Shown: positions 8,883-18,397, numbered from the stretch's first letter. The stretch: 64,000 bases of DNA from an uncultured Methylomirabilota bacterium (GCA_963705305.1 OY970067.1:4384001-4448000), one strand, 5' to 3'. Notes: generated by a model not told the origin, from the letters alone. Numbers and translations are program-made.

Positions 8883-9266
8883 TCACCGCTCGCGCGACTC
8901 CAGTCGCGTGACCCGCTCGTTCAAGGAGGCGTAGTTGCCTTCCAGCTCCTGGAGCCGTTGTTCGAGCTGAGCGTAGGAGAAGCGGATGGCCGCACGCGTC
9001 TCGGCGAACCCCTCCTCCACCTTCCGCTCCAGCCGGTCGAGTCGTTGATTCGTCTCGGCGAGGCCCTCAGCGAGCTGGCGCACGTCATCACGCACTGCCT
9101 CGACGAGGACCCCCATGTGCCGGCGGGTTTCCTCCTGCTGCGCCCGGACCTCTTCCTTTGCGGCCACCTGTTCGAACCGGCGATCCACCTGTTCGAACCG
9201 GCTGTCCACTTCGTCGAACTTCCGCCCGATGAACTCGGTCAGCCGGCTGTACTCATCATTCGTCAT
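8883..9266 (-). CDS. Coiled-coil hypothetical protein
   Basis: Heptad repeats (RKFDEVD SRFEQVD RRFEQVA); GGAG RBS. Confidence 0.75.
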   Translation of the reverse strand: MTNDEYSRLTEFIGRKFDEVDSRFEQVDRRFEQVAAKEEVRAQQEETRRHMGVLVEAVRDDVRQLAEGLAETNQRLDRLERKVEEGFAETRAAIRFSYAQLEQRLQELEGNYASLNERVTRLESRER

Positions 9267-9387
9267 CGGCTACTCCCGATCGCACAGGGCATGGGGCAGA
9301 GGGCAAAGGGCATAGCGCGAAGGGCAGAGAGCGCGGACCACGGGACCACTGACCACCGACTCCCGGCACTTAGGGGATTACCCCGCA

Positions 9388-9801
9388 CTAGATCCATCCC
9401 ATCACGGCCGTCTTGAACCGGGTGAAATCACCGAGGTGCTCCCGGAGGGTGCCCAGGACCATGCCGGGGTCTATCCGGGCATACTCGTGAACGATCAGGT
9501 TGCGGAATCCGCTCATCCGAATCATGGCATCCCGTTGGGTTGAGTCCAGGAGGCCAGCCTCCGCCAGGACGGTGAAGGATTCGGCATGGGTCGCAGGCAC
9601 CCGCAGTCTTCGGTCCGCAATGACGTGGTTGGCGATGTCAAGGCAGACCTCGATGGCCAACTGGAGGGTCCGCTCTACAATGCGCTGGGTCCTCCAATCC
9701 TTGCGGTACTCCTCGACCGTGACATTCCGGTACTCCGATGCCTGATCCACGTACTGATCCAGGTCCGCCAGCTTCCGGAGGATCAGGTCCCGGTCAACCA
9801 C
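9388..9801 (-). CDS. hepT: HEPN/DUF86 toxin
   Basis: VERTLQLAIEVCLDIANH...GFRNLIVHEY. Confidence 0.92.
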   Translation of the reverse strand: MVDRDLILRKLADLDQYVDQASEYRNVTVEEYRKDWRTQRIVERTLQLAIEVCLDIANHVIADRRLRVPATHAESFTVLAEAGLLDSTQRDAMIRMSGFRNLIVHEYARIDPGMVLGTLREHLGDFTRFKTAVMGWI

Positions 9802-10216
9802 CGGCGAACCTCCGGGCCAGGAGCCGGTGCTCAAACGCGCGGAAGTCGAAAAACTCGCGCAGTGCCAGGGACTCGAACCGGTGGCGGCAGAATGGATTGC
9901 GGTCGCAGATGACCTCGCGGTTCAGGAGGATCCGTCCTACCAGCGCCGATGGCGCCGTGTTCAGGACGACCAAGTCCACCTCGTCCGTCCCCAGATGCGC
10001 GGTGATCGCCCCGACGATCTCGAACCGCTGCTCCGCTGCGTCCACTGCCGGATCAAGGTACACCGCCACGTCGACATCGCTGAGCGGGCCGACCCGGCCG
10101 CGGGCCGCGCCCCCAAAGAGGTACCCGAACACGACACCGGGGCACGTCTCCAGCACCCGGCCGAGGGTGCTCAGCCGCTCGCGGATGTTTGCAGGCAGAG
10201 GCTTCTCTCGGATCAT
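9794..10216 (-). CDS. mntA: MNT antitoxin
   Basis: YLFGGAARGRVGPLSDVDVAVY...VDLVVLNTAP. Confidence 0.88.
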   Translation of the reverse strand: MIREKPLPANIRERLSTLGRVLETCPGVVFGYLFGGAARGRVGPLSDVDVAVYLDPAVDAAEQRFEIVGAITAHLGTDEVDLVVLNTAPSALVGRILLNREVICDRNPFCRHRFESLALREFFDFRAFEHRLLARRFAGG

Positions 10217-10450
10217 GATACCCTTGCGGCGCAGGGCAGAGGGCAAAGAGCAAAGACCAGGGATCAGGGGTCAGGAATCAGTGGTCAGAGGTCAGGATGT
10301 CAGGCGTCAGCCTCCAGACAGGGTTGCTCTACTTTGCGTGCTTTGCGTGAGGAGAGCTCGGACCTAGTCTCACGCTCAGATCGCTAAGCTCGCCAAGAAG
10401 GCCCCTTTTCACTTTCGAAGTTCGAATTTCGCATTTCGAATTTGCTCTCG

Positions 10451-11194
10451 CTACTTGTTATGTTCCTCCTCACCCCGCCCCTGATTCTGCGGGTGCTGCG
10501 CTTCGTGGCCCTGCGGCCTCTGCTCGTGCTGCTGCCCGCGGACGCTCTCCTGCGGCTGTCTCGGCGGCTGACCCTGAGGCGGCCTCTGCTGCTCTCGCTG
10601 CTGGACCTGGGGCGGCCGCTGGTGCTGCTGCGGCTCGGGCCGCACCTGAGGCTGCCGGACCTCGGGCTGCGGCTGGTACTGGCGCTGCCGCTGCTGTTGC
10701 ACGGCCTTCCGCTCTTGCGGCGATGGAGGACGATAGCCCTGGACGCCCCATGTCCCCTGCTTTTCCCAATGCTGCGTCGTATGCCAGTTCTTCCAGTTCT
10801 GCTGAAGCTGCCCGTACGGAATCCGCTCGTAATTCCAGCGGTGTCCCTCCCAGGCATGGTCCCTGTAGAAGGCCCGCCAATTGGGGTCGACGCCATAATA
10901 GAAGCTGGGGACACGCTTGTAGTAATGCCAGCCCCGGTCGTAGTAGTGCGAGCGGTACCACCGGCCATCCCACATACGCCACCACCACCCGTTCCAGAAG
11001 AACACGTCCGCGGCGATCTCGGGGACAACGTACACATCGTTCGCCCCGGGAAGCACGATGACGCTCGGGGGCGCCGCAAACGTGATGGCCGGCGGCAGGG
11101 GGATATTCACGGTGACCGACACCTGCGCACCGGCGGACAGCGGAACAGTAACTGCCACCGCCAAGAGCAATGCTCCAAACACAACCTTGTTCAT
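10451..11194 (-). CDS. Secreted W/Y-rich, Q/P-tailed hypothetical protein
   Basis: Signal-peptide-like N-terminus, IPLPPAI, FFWNGWWWR..GRWYRS, low-complexity Gln-rich tail. Confidence 0.75.
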   Translation of the reverse strand: MNKVVFGALLLAVAVTVPLSAGAQVSVTVNIPLPPAITFAAPPSVIVLPGANDVYVVPEIAADVFFWNGWWWRMWDGRWYRSHYYDRGWHYYKRVPSFYYGVDPNWRAFYRDHAWEGHRWNYERIPYGQLQQNWKNWHTTQHWEKQGTWGVQGYRPPSPQERKAVQQQRQRQYQPQPEVRQPQVRPEPQQHQRPPQVQQREQQRPPQGQPPRQPQESVRGQQHEQRPQGHEAQHPQNQGRGEEEHNK

Positions 11195-11579
11195 GCTGGT
11201 GACTCCCTTGTCATTGGCAACCTAGGAACATAGGCGAGGAACACTGCCTCACGCCAAGATCGCCAAGCACGCCAAGAAGAACCTTCCTACTATTCGAATT
11301 CCCGGACCGAATCTGGTCTCACGCAAAGATCGCCAAGATCGCAAAGGAGAACCCTTCAGTTTCGAAATTCGAACTTCGAAATTCGAATTTTCCCCGGCAA
11401 CCTTTGCGGCTTTGCGTGAAAAATTCGGGCCGTGTCCCACGCCGGCCTCGCCGCACCGCGTCGATGGGGGTCAGGCCTTGATAATTTGCTTTCTCGATTG
11501 CGTTCCGCGAGCGGGTGAGAGCCAGCCAATACGGCTCAAGAGATCGGGTAGGCCACGGAACACAGAGGGAAATCCGCAT

Positions 11580-11978
11580 CTAGGAAGAACCGAGCCGTCC
11601 CTGGATCGATGCGAGCAGACGATCCATCACCGTCCGATACTCGGACAGTTTTCGATGAATGGACGCGGCGACGGCCTCGATGTACGTGTGGGCAGTCAGG
11701 TTCCGGTCGTCCGTCATCTCCAGACACAACTCCGCATCATCGACCGTCAGGAGACCGGTCTTTAAGGCTTCCCGAAAGCACTGCTTGGGGGAATTGCAGA
11801 CGACGCCTTCCCGCACTTCGAGGTACGCCTTGAGCGCCTACCAGACGCTCTCGAACGTGTATTCGAAGCGCTGGATCGAGGCGTCGCGAACAATCACGCT
11901 GAACGGCAATCCCAGCGCCTCGGCCAGCGAGGCCAGCGCCTTCTGGGCGGCAGTCAGCCTGACCGCTAATTGCTCCAC
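11580..11978 (-). pseudogene. HI0074-type nucleotidyltransferase substrate-binding (HEPN) gene with in-frame TAG
   Basis: RDASIQRFEYTFESVW*ALKAYL...SPKQCFREA...DRNLTAHTY; TAG at 11838-11840. Confidence 0.85.
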
Positions 11979-12268
11979 AGAAGGTTCCCCTGCTCTGTCG
12001 CTCGCCGACGGAGGTCGTCCGAGGCCGTACGCAGCTCTACCAGGTCGACCGTGAGCGGAATATTCGACTCTTCGAGCATTTCGCGGGCAAGACCGAGCCG
12101 CCGGGCGATGTCCGCCGGCGCATCCACGGCGAGGTCAAAATCCGAGGCGGCATGCGGCCGGCCGCCGGCCCTGGATCCGAACAGGTACACGCGGCACTTC
12201 GTGTCCCCCAGACTCCCCCGGAGGATCCGAAGGATCTCTGCGAGGTACCGATCCTGGCGGGAACTCAT
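11966..12268 (-). CDS. MNT-domain protein
   Basis: VYLFGSRAGGRPHAASDFDLAV...LEESNIPLTVDLV. Confidence 0.9.
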   Translation of the reverse strand: MSSRQDRYLAEILRILRGSLGDTKCRVYLFGSRAGGRPHAASDFDLAVDAPADIARRLGLAREMLEESNIPLTVDLVELRTASDDLRRRATEQGNLLWSN

Positions 12269-12480
12269 TTGGGGCACAGGGAGCATAGCGCACGGAGAAT
12301 GGCGCATAGAGTAAAGCCAGGGGGAGAGCTTGGCTCCCTGCTCTGTGCGCTGGGCCCTGTGCGCACCTCTCAGCCCCCGGGCAGGCTTGCGCCCTCTCAG
12401 TTACATAAAGGACATGTAAAGAGGGGGAATCCAGCTAGATTCGAAATTTGAAATCCGAATTTCGAAATCCGAATTTCGAA

Positions 12481-13077
12481 TTAAGATGTAGCTTTCAAAG
12501 TTACGATCTGCTCGCGTGAAGCGCCGCGCGCCACCAGCTCCTGGATCTTGGCCTGCCACCCTTCCTCGGGCTCGAAGGTCGCCACGACGATCCGGTCGAA
12601 CTCCCCCGGGATCAGCTCTTCCAGTCCTCGCACCCGGCGGCCCAGGAACTCCCCGCCCGCCTCGGTCTCAAAAACCTCTCCCAGTTCCAGCCCGCTTTCC
12701 TTGAGGCAGAGATAGGCAACTTCGGCCGCCTCTCCCGTCCCGTAGAAGGCTACTCGCCGGCTCCCGTCATCCCCCAGGGGGGCTAGGGCCCGGCGAAGCT
12801 GCTGGCGAGCCTCCCGATAGCGCTCGAAAGTCCGTGTCATGTAGATATACGTGAGGCGGGACTTTTCCGCCATTCCCTTGGGAGTGAGCAAGTAGTTGAG
12901 GCGATTCGGCCGGACACGCATGATTCGGATAAAGCCTTTCATCGCCAGGCGCCGTAGGTACAGGTTGGCCAGGCTTACCGCCATGCCCAAGTCACCGGCA
13001 AGGTCCCGCTGGGTCAGCCGATTATTCTCGGCGACGGCCTGCAAGATCTCGAGATCCCGGCTGCTCTGCTCCCGCAT
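12481..13077 (-). CDS. MarR/winged-helix regulator of EPS-cluster type
   Basis: TQRDLA...ANLYLRRL..KG...YLLTPKGMAEKSRLT plus C-terminal Rossmann-like YGTGEAAE. Confidence 0.85.
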   Translation of the reverse strand: MREQSSRDLEILQAVAENNRLTQRDLAGDLGMAVSLANLYLRRLAMKGFIRIMRVRPNRLNYLLTPKGMAEKSRLTYIYMTRTFERYREARQQLRRALAPLGDDGSRRVAFYGTGEAAEVAYLCLKESGLELGEVFETEAGGEFLGRRVRGLEELIPGEFDRIVVATFEPEEGWQAKIQELVARGASREQIVTLKATS

Positions 13078-13373
13078 TCCGGCACCCTGAGAAAAAAGAA
13101 CCGGTGAATCGGAGAGACGGTGTAACGGTGAGGCGGCAAATCCCCCTGAGAAACGTGATGGTCGTTACCTCATGACTTTCTCCCCCTCCCCTGAGATCCG
13201 TGTGGGGGCTGAGGGGCCGAAATCAAAGCGATAGAACAGCGACTCAGAGAAGCGGTGAAATCGAGAAGGGACCTCCCAATGTGCGGCCTAGTCGGGCCTG
13301 TTCAAGTCTTGAACGCGAGAGGCAAAACCGCCTGTCGTCACAGCGAGAGGATCAAGAGGCGTTCGGAAAGCGA

Positions 13374-13403
13374 ACGATACATCAACCCCCAAAATCGTGT
13401 CAA
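13374..13403 (-). promoter_or_regulatory. Sigma70-like promoter for MarR/EPS region
   Basis: TTGACA-18 bp-TATCGT. Confidence 0.45.
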
Positions 13404-13574
13404 GAAAAAATGCCGCAGAGGCGCACCGTTGCGCTCGGGCGAGGGGGTGAGGGGGTGGCAAGGCGAGGACGCGAACCGGAGAACCGGAGGGACGGGGGAA
13501 CGGGGAGAGAGCGCAGAGGCGTGGAGGCGCAGGGGGCGAAGAGGCGAAAAGGCAAGGAGGCGCTAAGGGATGAA

Positions 13575-13730
13575 GTGCTGAGAAGTTCATCGGTTGGCAG
13601 GCTTACGCCCTCTCACTTACAGGGAGCATTTCAGGGCTGCCCCCGCAAGGCAGGGAGGCCGTTCACAGGCTGGTGCATTCGCACACAGAAAGGGAGGGAG
13701 ACGCGTAGCTTGCATCTTCCTTCCCGGCGC
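13575..13730. ncRNA. Candidate long-hairpin structured RNA
   Basis: End-to-end imperfect pairing (GTGCTGAGAAG/CTTCCCGGCGC; GCAGGCTTACGC..TCTC/GAGACGCGTAGCTTGC). Confidence 0.35.
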
Positions 13731-14091
13731 GGGGTTGTATACCATAATAAGGAGCAGGGGGCAATTTCGACTTTCGCTAATCGAAATTCCCGCCCCAGGC
13801 CTTCCTCACGCAAAGGTCGCCAAGGGGAGAGGCGGAGTATCGGGGAAACGGAGCCACGGAGAGAAAGCACGGGCAGCGGTTCTCCGGTTCACCGACACCC
13901 CGGTGCTCCGGTTCCCCGTCTCCCGGTGCGGCGATCTTGGCGATCTTAGCGCGAGGACAGGATCGGAGCTTTCCTCACGCAAAGCACGCAAAGGTCGCAA
14001 AGTAGAACAGGGGAAGGTTCGGATCCGGATTCCGAAACAAGAGAAGGCATTTCTTGGCGTGCTTTGCGATCTTAGCGTGAGAACGAAACCA

Positions 14092-14620
14092 CTAGGAGAG
14101 GGCGCGGAAGGCGAGGATGCCGATCAGCTCGGACACCTCCTCGTCAATGGTCTTGCCGGCGTCGGTGCGATAGATGATGTCGGCACACCCGCGGTACAAA
14201 TGTCCCGAGGCGGACCAGATTCTCCGCAGATCCTCTTCCAGGTTCCAGGGAGACGCTCGGATTGACGCGCGGCCGGTCGGCCTGGCGAACCCGGTCGGCC
14301 AGAACCCCAAGCTCTGCATCCAGCAGGACCATAATGCCGGTCCCCCGCAGGGCGTCGGTATTCCAGGCGTACCGGACGGTGCCCCCTCCCAACGCTGCCA
14401 CCACCCGCTCCATCTCGGCAAAGCGCTTGACGATCGAGTATTCCAGCTCGCGGAACGCCAGCCAGCCCTGCTCCCGCACCAGCTCGTGGAAGCTGCGACC
14501 CAGCGCGGAGTCCATCTCGCGGTCGAGATCGTAGAACGGCCGGCCGAGCCGCTGAGCCAGCCGCTTGCCCACGGCAGTCTTGCCGGAACCGATCATCCCG
14601 CTGAAGTAGATGTTGCGCAT
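14092..14620 (-). pseudogene. aroK: Shikimate kinase, frameshifted by a 7-bp duplication
   Basis: GMIGSGKT, DLD, FRELE, LGGG, RP; TTCCAGG x2 at 14236-14249; C-terminus continues in another frame. Confidence 0.85.
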
Positions 14621-14808
14621 GGCGGGAGAAGAGCTCTAAATCTGCCCACACGCAAAGATCGCCTGCGCCAGTATGCAGTAGGCAGCCTCCGGCCTGTAGG
14701 GCCTACGGCCCGGAGGGTGGTCCGTGGTCCTGTATTCCACCTTCCCCCCAGCTCCCGAGCGCAGCGGTGCGGCTCCGCGCCTTTTCGCCTCAGCGCCTCT
14801 GCGCCCCC

Positions 14809-15732
14809 TCACTCCCGTGCCGCGTCTCTTGCCGCCTCGATCTGAGGCGGGAACGTGTAGGTTGCCACGGAACAGCCCGGCGCCAGGATGAACCGGCCGG
14901 GGCCGGCCTGGGACAGCGCGGCCCGCACCTGGTCGCGGATCGCGTTGGCCGAAATGTATTGGAACTTGACGTGGTCGAGGCCGCCCATCAGGGTCAGGGG
15001 GGTGCGCTTGCGCATCTCGGCGATGGTCGGCCCGCCGTTCAGGTCGGCCCAGGAGAGAACCTGGACAGGGTAGTCGAGGAGCTGGTCGAGGTAGAGTTTC
15101 CCGCCGTGGGCATGGAGTACATGGAACTCACCCTTACCCTTGATCGCCTCGAGGAGGTGGAGATCGAACGGACGCATGAACCGGGCGTACTGCTCGCGCG
15201 TGACGCTCTCCTCCGTGGCCGGCACCGACAGGAAGATGCCGGCAGTCCCCCGCTCCAAACTGGCCAGCGCATACTTGATCAGGTTCCCGTTCACAATGTG
15301 CAGGGCCGCCTCCAGCTCTCGCGGGTGGTCCCGCATCAAAGGCTCCATGGTCTCCTTCACGATATTCCGCCGCAGCGTGTTCCACGCGTTGAACACCGTG
15401 TCGAGGAACAGGGCCTTGCCCCTGAGCGCCTTGGCGATCAGCTCGATGGCCTGGAGCTGCTTCCCCATGGGCGCCTTCGTCACGTCGAAGGGCTCCAGCC
15501 GCTTCAGGTCCTCCGGTGTGGCGATGACGTCCGCCCCGGCCGGCATGGGGTAGTCGTAGTCGTTCATCACCTTCAAGAAGTCCAGGTCGTAGTGCTCGAA
15601 AAACTCCAGGTGAACCTCCGCCGTCCGCTGCGGCGAGGCGTGCTGGTTGCCGAAGTGGTACCAGATGGTGAAGGGGGCGCGGTCGACCGGCCGGCCGGCG
15701 AGGGTGGCGCGAACTCTCTCAACCTTATTCAT
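14809..15732 (-). CDS. Uroporphyrinogen decarboxylase (URO-D/MtaA) family protein
   Basis: ERV...G.PVDRAP..WYHF, LHAHG, LMGGLD, FILAPGCS. Confidence 0.85.
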   Translation of the reverse strand: MNKVERVRATLAGRPVDRAPFTIWYHFGNQHASPQRTAEVHLEFFEHYDLDFLKVMNDYDYPMPAGADVIATPEDLKRLEPFDVTKAPMGKQLQAIELIAKALRGKALFLDTVFNAWNTLRRNIVKETMEPLMRDHPRELEAALHIVNGNLIKYALASLERGTAGIFLSVPATEESVTREQYARFMRPFDLHLLEAIKGKGEFHVLHAHGGKLYLDQLLDYPVQVLSWADLNGGPTIAEMRKRTPLTLMGGLDHVKFQYISANAIRDQVRAALSQAGPGRFILAPGCSVATYTFPPQIEAARDAARE

Positions 15733-15901
15733 AGGGATCTCCCTTCGGGAAACGCCGAGGCGAAAAGGCGCAGAGGCGCAGAGGCAGGGGTGCGGGTGTG
15801 AGGGGGAGAGGGGGCGACACGGAGACCGCGTGGGGCCAACGGAACAAGGCGCTCCTGAGCCGAAGCAAACGAGGAAGCCTTGTGGCAGTGAGCGTTCATA
15901 C

Positions 15902-16294
15902 CTATCTCGAACGGATGATCCAATCCTCTGGGTGCGCGATCATTACGACGAGCTTTCCGATTATCTGATCATACTCTTTCATGAGGGCATCAGCGTCGGC
16001 AGGTAACAAGTAACCACACGCTTTGGCGAAACTTATCCAGGTTTGGGTCTCCGCGCCCTCAGCCTCAGAATCGCAGAGTTTACTGACAAAGGCGGCTTGA
16101 TAGCGTCGCTTTCTCCACCCCTCAGCAATGTTCGAACAGACGGAGCGAGACGCTCGCCTGATCTGATCGGTCAGAGAGAACATTTCCTCTCTTGGGAATT
16201 TCTTCGAAAGCTCAAAAATCCGCATTGCGGCCTTGAATGCCTGCTGATAAACGACCAAGTCTTCATGACTTTCGATCCTTCGGCGAACCACCAT
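15902..16294 (-). CDS. Four-helix bundle protein (23S-IVS/Avd-like)
   Basis: DLVVYQQA...FPREEMFSLTDQIRRASRSVCSNIAEGWRKR. Confidence 0.92.
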   Translation of the reverse strand: MVVRRRIESHEDLVVYQQAFKAAMRIFELSKKFPREEMFSLTDQIRRASRSVCSNIAEGWRKRRYQAAFVSKLCDSEAEGAETQTWISFAKACGYLLPADADALMKEYDQIIGKLVVMIAHPEDWIIRSR

Positions 16295-16429
16295 CCCCCC
16301 CTCTCCCCCTCGCCTTGCCGCCCCCGCACCCCCCCTCCGGGCCGTAGGCCCTCCCTCCGGGGTGGAGCCCCTACGGGGTGGAACCCGGGCCGGAGGCAGC
16401 TCCCCTGCCCCCCTTCGCCGCTTGCAACG

Positions 16430-17632
16430 TCAGGCGGAGGCGGTCTCCTGCCGGCGGACGCGGTCGAGATACTCGAGGAAGAAGGCGAGGAAGATCATCA
16501 GGAACACGCTCAGGGATCCGGCGATGGCCATGCTCAACACCGTCTTCGGCTTGGACTTTCTCTCGGCGGGAACCGCCTTGTCCAAAAGCTGCACCGTCGG
16601 CATGTCCCGCGCCTCGGCGATCTTGGCCTGCTCGTACTGGGCGGTGAGAAGGTTATCGAGCGTCTCCTGCGTCTTTAGATCGCGCGTCAGGCGGATCAGC
16701 TCCATCCCCAGCGCGGGAACCTTGGTGAAGGGAACGTGAAACTCCCGCTCATCCTGCCCGGGGTTCGATCCACCGGCCGGCAGCTCCAGGCCCTTGCCGT
16801 ATTCCATCTGGTCGAGCTGCCGCTTCATCTCCTGGATCTGGCGGGTCAATTGCTGGACCTGCGGGTTGCTCTCGGTGGCGTAGGTCCGGAGAGTATGCAG
16901 CTGGACCTCGGCCGCGGCTATCCCTGCCCTGGCCTGCGCGGCAGCCTCGATGGCCGTCCTGGCCTGCTCTTGAAGGACGATGGCCTTGTTCTTTTCCTGG
17001 AATCGCCGGAGATTCTCCTCGGCCTGGCGAAGGGCTTTCTCCGTTCCGTCCAGGCGCTCTGCGACGAACGCCCGCTGGCGGCTGGCATCGGTCGTTCCCA
17101 GCTTGGCGAACATGCGATCGAGGTTCGTGACATACGAATTGGCGATATCGGCCGCCAGCTTGGGATCCTTGTCCTCGACCTTGACGTTGATCACGCCCTC
17201 CTTGGTGACAGAAATATCCGTGGCATCCTGGAGTCCCTTGATCGCCTGTTCGGTGTACTTGGCCTTGTAATAGTCCTTGAGGTTGAACTTGTCGACTAGA
17301 TCGGCGGCCATCGTGCGGCTCTTGAGGATCGCGACGAAGGTGTCGCGGTTGGAGCCGCCACCAGGCAAGAGGCCCCCAAGAACTTGCCCCGCGCCAGAAG
17401 CCATCAGGGCCGCAGCGATGTTGGAGCCCCCGCCGCCGGACTCCTTGGGCGCCAGGATTCCCGCCTGGGACTCGTAAATCTTGGTGGCAATGAAATAGTT
17501 GTAGAATCCCGTGACGAACACGGCGACGAAGGTCACGCCTAAGATCATCCACTGATGCTTCCTGAGGACCCGCCAGTAATCCAGCAGATTGATCTCGTCG
17601 TCTTCCCATTGCTCTTGAGTCTCTGGAGCCAT
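16430..17632 (-). CDS. Polysaccharide chain-length determinant (Wzz/GNVR)
   Basis: DEINLLDYW, two TM segments, coiled coil, LDKAVPAERKSKP. Confidence 0.9.
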   Translation of the reverse strand: MAPETQEQWEDDEINLLDYWRVLRKHQWMILGVTFVAVFVTGFYNYFIATKIYESQAGILAPKESGGGGSNIAAALMASGAGQVLGGLLPGGGSNRDTFVAILKSRTMAADLVDKFNLKDYYKAKYTEQAIKGLQDATDISVTKEGVINVKVEDKDPKLAADIANSYVTNLDRMFAKLGTTDASRQRAFVAERLDGTEKALRQAEENLRRFQEKNKAIVLQEQARTAIEAAAQARAGIAAAEVQLHTLRTYATESNPQVQQLTRQIQEMKRQLDQMEYGKGLELPAGGSNPGQDEREFHVPFTKVPALGMELIRLTRDLKTQETLDNLLTAQYEQAKIAEARDMPTVQLLDKAVPAERKSKPKTVLSMAIAGSLSVFLMIFLAFFLEYLDRVRRQETASA

Positions 17633-17880
17633 GGCCTCGCCTCTCTCGAAACCGCCTGCACCGTGTGGGGCCGTCGAAGAATCAGGGACACCGAAGGGTC
17701 AACCGAATTGTGGCTGGAGAGCATATCAGAGAAAGTCCGGGGGCCGCAATGAGAGAATGAGGGGGTGAGGAGGAGCAGGGGTGCAGGGGTGCAGGGGAGA
17801 AACGGGGAGTCGGGGAGAAGAGCGCAGGGGCGCACCGCTGCGCTCGGGCGCTGGGGTGAGGGGGGGCTGGGGGCGCGAGA

Positions 17881-18315
17881 TCAGGGCCGAAGGTGCTGCT
17901 TGATCGTCGCGATGACCTCGTTGTAGCCCTCTTCGCTGAGGTAGGTTCCCGGGGACGGATGGACGGCGAACGGATCGCCCCAATTGTGGCCGCCCTTCTG
18001 CTTCGGGACCACGTGCCAGTGGAGATGGGAAACCAGGTCGCCGTAAATCGCGTAGTTGATCTTGGCGGCCCCGAACCCTCGCTGGATCGCCGCGGCGGCC
18101 TTTGCGACATCTCGCGAAAAGGCGCATAGGGTCTCGCGATCCAGCCGGAACAGTTCGGTTTCATGCGCGTTCAGGGCGACGATGCATCTCCCCCGGTAGG
18201 TCTGCTCCCGAAACAGGTACAGCGTCGAGGTCTCCAGCCGGCCGATCTCGATCATGAGGCGGTGCAGGCGCTCGTCTTTGGCGCAGTAGAAGCAGTCTTC
18301 CCCGCTCGGACTCAT
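17881..18315 (-). CDS. HIT family protein
   Basis: CFYC, HLHWHVVP. Confidence 0.9.
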   Translation of the reverse strand: MSPSGEDCFYCAKDERLHRLMIEIGRLETSTLYLFREQTYRGRCIVALNAHETELFRLDRETLCAFSRDVAKAAAAIQRGFGAAKINYAIYGDLVSHLHWHVVPKQKGGHNWGDPFAVHPSPGTYLSEEGYNEVIATIKQHLRP

Positions 18316-18397
18316 TGCTTGCCACCTCCTCTCCGGGCAGACGCCCGGGCATAGGGCAAAGGGCTGACGGCTGACTGCTGATCGCTGACTGCTGTTT

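Noticed and set aside
11838..11840. Pyrrolysine or programmed readthrough
   Set aside because: No pyl genes or other internal TAG codons seen; toxin inactivation is the simpler explanation
427..12300. Classical integron attC sites or Xer dif sites
   Set aside because: No integrase; the site lacks the long attC palindrome and the XerD-arm consensus
13200..14090. ORFs in repeat-rich intergenic DNA
   Set aside because: They are translations of repeat tracts with no coding signature
15902..16294. Diversity-generating retroelement or rRNA intervening sequence
   Set aside because: No reverse transcriptase, TR/VR pair or rRNA nearby
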